From Antedon mediterranea (lineage: Eukaryota > Animalia > Echinodermata), in the NCBI RefSeq assembly GCF_964355755.1, contig NC_092671.1, positions 2,356,001-2,420,000 on the forward strand: a stretch of 64,000 nt of DNA, given 5' to 3'. Of the stretch, positions 60,648-64,000 are shown piece by piece (the first letter of the stretch is position 1; the number at the start of each line of letters is the position of its first letter). The notes under the pieces were generated by a model. The model made no database searches. It worked only from the letters and a program-made list of their open reading frames with translations, and was not told the origin of the DNA. A program made the position numbers and the translations under genes.

Positions 60648-61568
60648 CACACAGTGACCAATCGCAAATAATACGACTATAGAAGTATAGGTTCAACCAT
60701 TATTTGTAGGGTAGTTACTTGTACATGTTTACGATAATTAAGATTTTGAAATTAATGTATAGTTTTTAAAATACCAAATTTAGATTAAAATGATTTATTT
60801 AGTTGGTTTAGTATAGTAAAATAGACAGCAGATTCCCAAATATGTTCTTGAACTTGCTGAAGTTACATCTATATTCACCACCGTAACAGAGTCGCCGACG
60901 CCAATTGCTGAAGTGGTCATGTGAGATCGATAAAAGCCTGACACAAGAGTGCGCTTTTCAAAACTTGTTCCCGGCCATTTATGTGTTTTTACAGTCACTA
61001 GTATTATAAAGAAACTAGAACATTTTATAATTAATATGATTAATTATTAACCGTTTTTGTCAGCGAGTGCGTTGCAGCGACTTAATACCTCACGACCTGA
61101 AATAAACGCTAGTTGCCTAACATGCATTGTTGATAGAACTGGTAAGCATTAATTCGGGAGTAAGTTTTATTGTCAGCAGGTAAACGTAAGTACGTACTGT
61201 ATACTGTATTCACCAAACACCGTTTCGTTGTTAGAAGTCTAGTAGTATTTATGATTTATTTATGATTATAATAATTGTAACATTTTGTTAACAAAGATGT
61301 TATTCATATTAATTTAAGCATGGACGACCTATAACATAGGTATGGTTTAAGTATAGAGGAATACGTCAAATATAGTGTAGGCTACATAAAATAATATATT
61401 TATATTTATATAGATAAATTAAATTCTTTTAGAAATAAGTTTATATGAGTTTGTAAATTTTGAAATTACGACATATTATTCCTAGACTGAATCACAGTCC
61501 GCTTTTATTATCTTATTAATTCATTTTAGAATATTTCCAATCAAGCAATTATGCTCTGAAATGTTTCC

Positions 61569-62336
61569 ATGGCAACTAACTTTTTGATTGAGATCAACCT
61601 TTTTATTGAGGAATATTGTTATCTAATCAAAACATGCAAAGAATATGATGAGTTACTTTTATTTGAATTTCATGAACGAATTTGCTCGGCAGACGGATTT
61701 CCAAGGAGAAATTGGAATAAGTTCCAGCTACCTATGGTAATTTACACTTTGTTTGAAGATGTAGAAGAGTTTGATAAGTTAAACGAAATTGAACGCATCG
61801 ATTTGGTTGAATTTGAAAGGCTGGAAAGTTATTACGAGGATGTGATTGGACCAGAAGATGACGACCAGTGGATTGTAGATGATGATTGGTTCTTCCAAGC
61901 AGGCGATCAGAGTATTGAAAACGACGGGTTTCATAGTTTCGAACGCATGAAGTATTGCGTCTGGGAGATGACGACCATCAAACGACCAGCGTTATGCGTG
62001 TTTGTTTATTTCATTGGAGACTTCTGTGATTTTCAAGGAATTATCACCTCAAAGATGAAAGCATGGGGTTGGAAAAAATCTAATATTTTGAAACTAAATG
62101 GAAATTTAAAACCGTGCCTCCATATTGTCGTTCAGTCTTTGAGAAATCTGTGTTATGTAAATATTGAAGCGGATTTTGAGATGAAGCGATGGCTGGGGAT
62201 AAAGTGTCTAAAGAGATCATTTAGAGGATTACATAACACGGCTACTAAATCTGGAGTTCGAATGACTATTCACATTGTCGGCATGATTTGTCAGCTAGTG
62301 TCGTTAGTCGATGCTAAAAGAAATTCAAATTATTGA
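61569..62336 (+). CDS. Uncharacterised 255-aa ORF (acidic middle; no family recognised)
   Basis: 768-nt non-repetitive open frame in very AT-rich DNA. Preceded by an acceptor-like ttcattttag (~61529) and upstream donor-like gtaagc (~61142). Confidence 0.45.
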   Translation: MATNFLIEINLFIEEYCYLIKTCKEYDELLLFEFHERICSADGFPRRNWNKFQLPMVIYTLFEDVEEFDKLNEIERIDLVEFERLESYYEDVIGPEDDDQWIVDDDWFFQAGDQSIENDGFHSFERMKYCVWEMTTIKRPALCVFVYFIGDFCDFQGIITSKMKAWGWKKSNILKLNGNLKPCLHIVVQSLRNLCYVNIEADFEMKRWLGIKCLKRSFRGLHNTATKSGVRMTIHIVGMICQLVSLVDAKRNSNY

Positions 62337-62940
62337 AACAACATTGCGTAATATATCGTGTTTACATAATTCGTAAATAATTGAATGTATAAGTGTGTCA
62401 AATGACACTCGAAAACTTGCATGTGTATACGTCACAAAAATATTTAATACCCTTATATTTTATATATTTATTCATAATTGATGATAAACATTGAAACATC
62501 TGAATATTTACGTTTCAATAAGTATGTGTATATTTCTTTAAAATTAACATTTTTAAGCTACAGGTAATACGAAAATACAGTTTTAACTTGAAAAGCTTTG
62601 AGTTTGAGACTATCATTTTTAAAAACGTAGGCGCATATAAAAGAAGTTATTACATTAATTTAGGCTAACAGTTTTCCCTGTAGGCAATCTTTGAGAGGTA
62701 TATGGGCAACTATAGTATTCGGTATTATGATGAACTCGCCACAACCTCGTTTTAACGCTTAAATCATGTCAAAAAATGATTGTTTATAAAATGTTAATAA
62801 CACATTTACAAAAGAAAAACACAATTCAACACGTAGGCAAGAATAATCACATTACTGTACTTCAATTAAGTATCGAAGAACCTGGCAGACATCCAATCAA
62901 AATCATGCGCGCCAAAACGACACGCAACAACGTGACGAAT

Positions 62941-64000
62941 TTATTTGCAGACGACATTACTCGGTTCAATCTTGTACAACGAAGTATTTGTTCTTTCCAC
63001 GCCATCTCCGATAATTCCTTCTTTTAGATCACTGGTTATCTTCAACCCTTCATCAGTATCAATACCTGTAAATTCACACCTTACAACGTACATGAGGACG
63101 TCATAAGGGGCGTGTGTAAATCGCTTATAGAGGGCGGCATTCTGTAAGTTTCCGGTAGCTTTTAGCTTTGTTACTCCCGTTACATCCATCCATTCGGATT
63201 CAAACTTTGCCGATTCTGCATCGGTTTTTGGTCCCTAAAAATGAAGATAATTAATTATTATGCAATATCTTTATGTTTTCATCTAAAGTGACGTCATGCA
63301 TAACAGATACCCTGAGGCCCCTACAGTACATTAACAACAAAAAAGAATGTTGTACCAAAAACGTCGAAACATTCTGAACTGCACTTTCTGTTACTATACT
63401 TTTGATATAATAATGTAAAAAGTCACTTACTTTGAAACTTGACAATAAAAACAAAGAATCAGGCTGTTTTGCCAAGGCGGGTGCGATGGAGGATCCGTCC
63501 ATTGTTGCAATTTCTGTATAACCACCTACAAAAAAAAAGAGAGGTAAATTGGAAAAAGAAAATGTATCGGATATTTATATGTGTTGAAAGGATGTTTCAA
63601 GTAAATGGTTCCAACTGTAGGCCTACTTCACACAAGGACTTAAGCGTAAAGTAAGTTGACCAATCACAGGCAATATAACTGTCGGTTGTCATTGGTCAAG
63701 TCAACCTGTTGCTTGCAGCTTGGCGTTGCGTCCACGTCGCGTTACGTCTATTTTGAGAACCTAGTCTGTAGATTCTAGACGGAGTTTTGACTTAATATTA
63801 GTACAAAAATAAATATTTTTGCGTTTCATACCTATACTACTTGAGCTCGTATTTTCATACAAAAATCGAAAAGAAAGACAATAACTACAGACTTGGGGCT
63901 GCAAGTCTAGATAACCTAGCTTAATGAATGACCGAGATTAAATCGAGAGGAAACACTTACCTGGATAATTTACCTGTAAGCCTGGAGGCCCATGACCTTC
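62941..64000 (-). CDS. 3' exons of an uncharacterised gene continuing beyond the window
   Basis: Minus-strand exons >64000-63961, 63525-63431 and 63234-62941 with GTAAGT donors and polypyrimidine-AG acceptors splice in frame: EGHGPPGLQVNYPGGYTEIATMDG...LLSSFKGPKTDAESAKFESEWMDVTG...NVVCK*. Confidence 0.8.

Noticed and set aside
60795-60998. 67-aa minus-strand ORF near tRNA-Tyr
   Set aside because: Short, no recognisable motif and no clear link to the upstream gene, which already terminates at 62941.

Overview
AT-rich eukaryotic (invertebrate animal, possibly echinoderm-like) genomic DNA, not prokaryotic. Bases 1-58.8 kb hold a head-to-tail array of five paralogous 11-exon genes on the + strand (copy A is 5'-truncated by the window edge; B 3633-10277; C 13117-27463; D 29149-45728; E 48089-58769). 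Each encodes a ~590-aa secreted protein: signal peptide, two tandem Caspr/Neurexin-IV-type fibrinogen-like domains, a shortened C-type-lectin domain and a PAN/apple domain, with no transmembrane segment. D and E splice to intact ORFs. B has lost its exon-7 donor and C has exon 4 broken by a LINE remnant. The paralogs show localized hypervariable patches, gene-conversion mosaicism and, in E, loss of the same cysteine pair in both repeats. Introns and spacers carry nested mobile elements: a Penelope-like RT, an Academ-like element inside a 9-bp-TSD MULE-like element, a LINE with a 2A-like motif, tRNA-derived SINEs, Harbinger-like MITEs and a 15/45-bp satellite. The right end has an intron-containing tRNA-Tyr(GTA), an orphan 255-aa ORF and the 3' exons of an unrelated minus-strand gene. 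All exon models were built by hand from splice signals and reading phase; no database searches were run.
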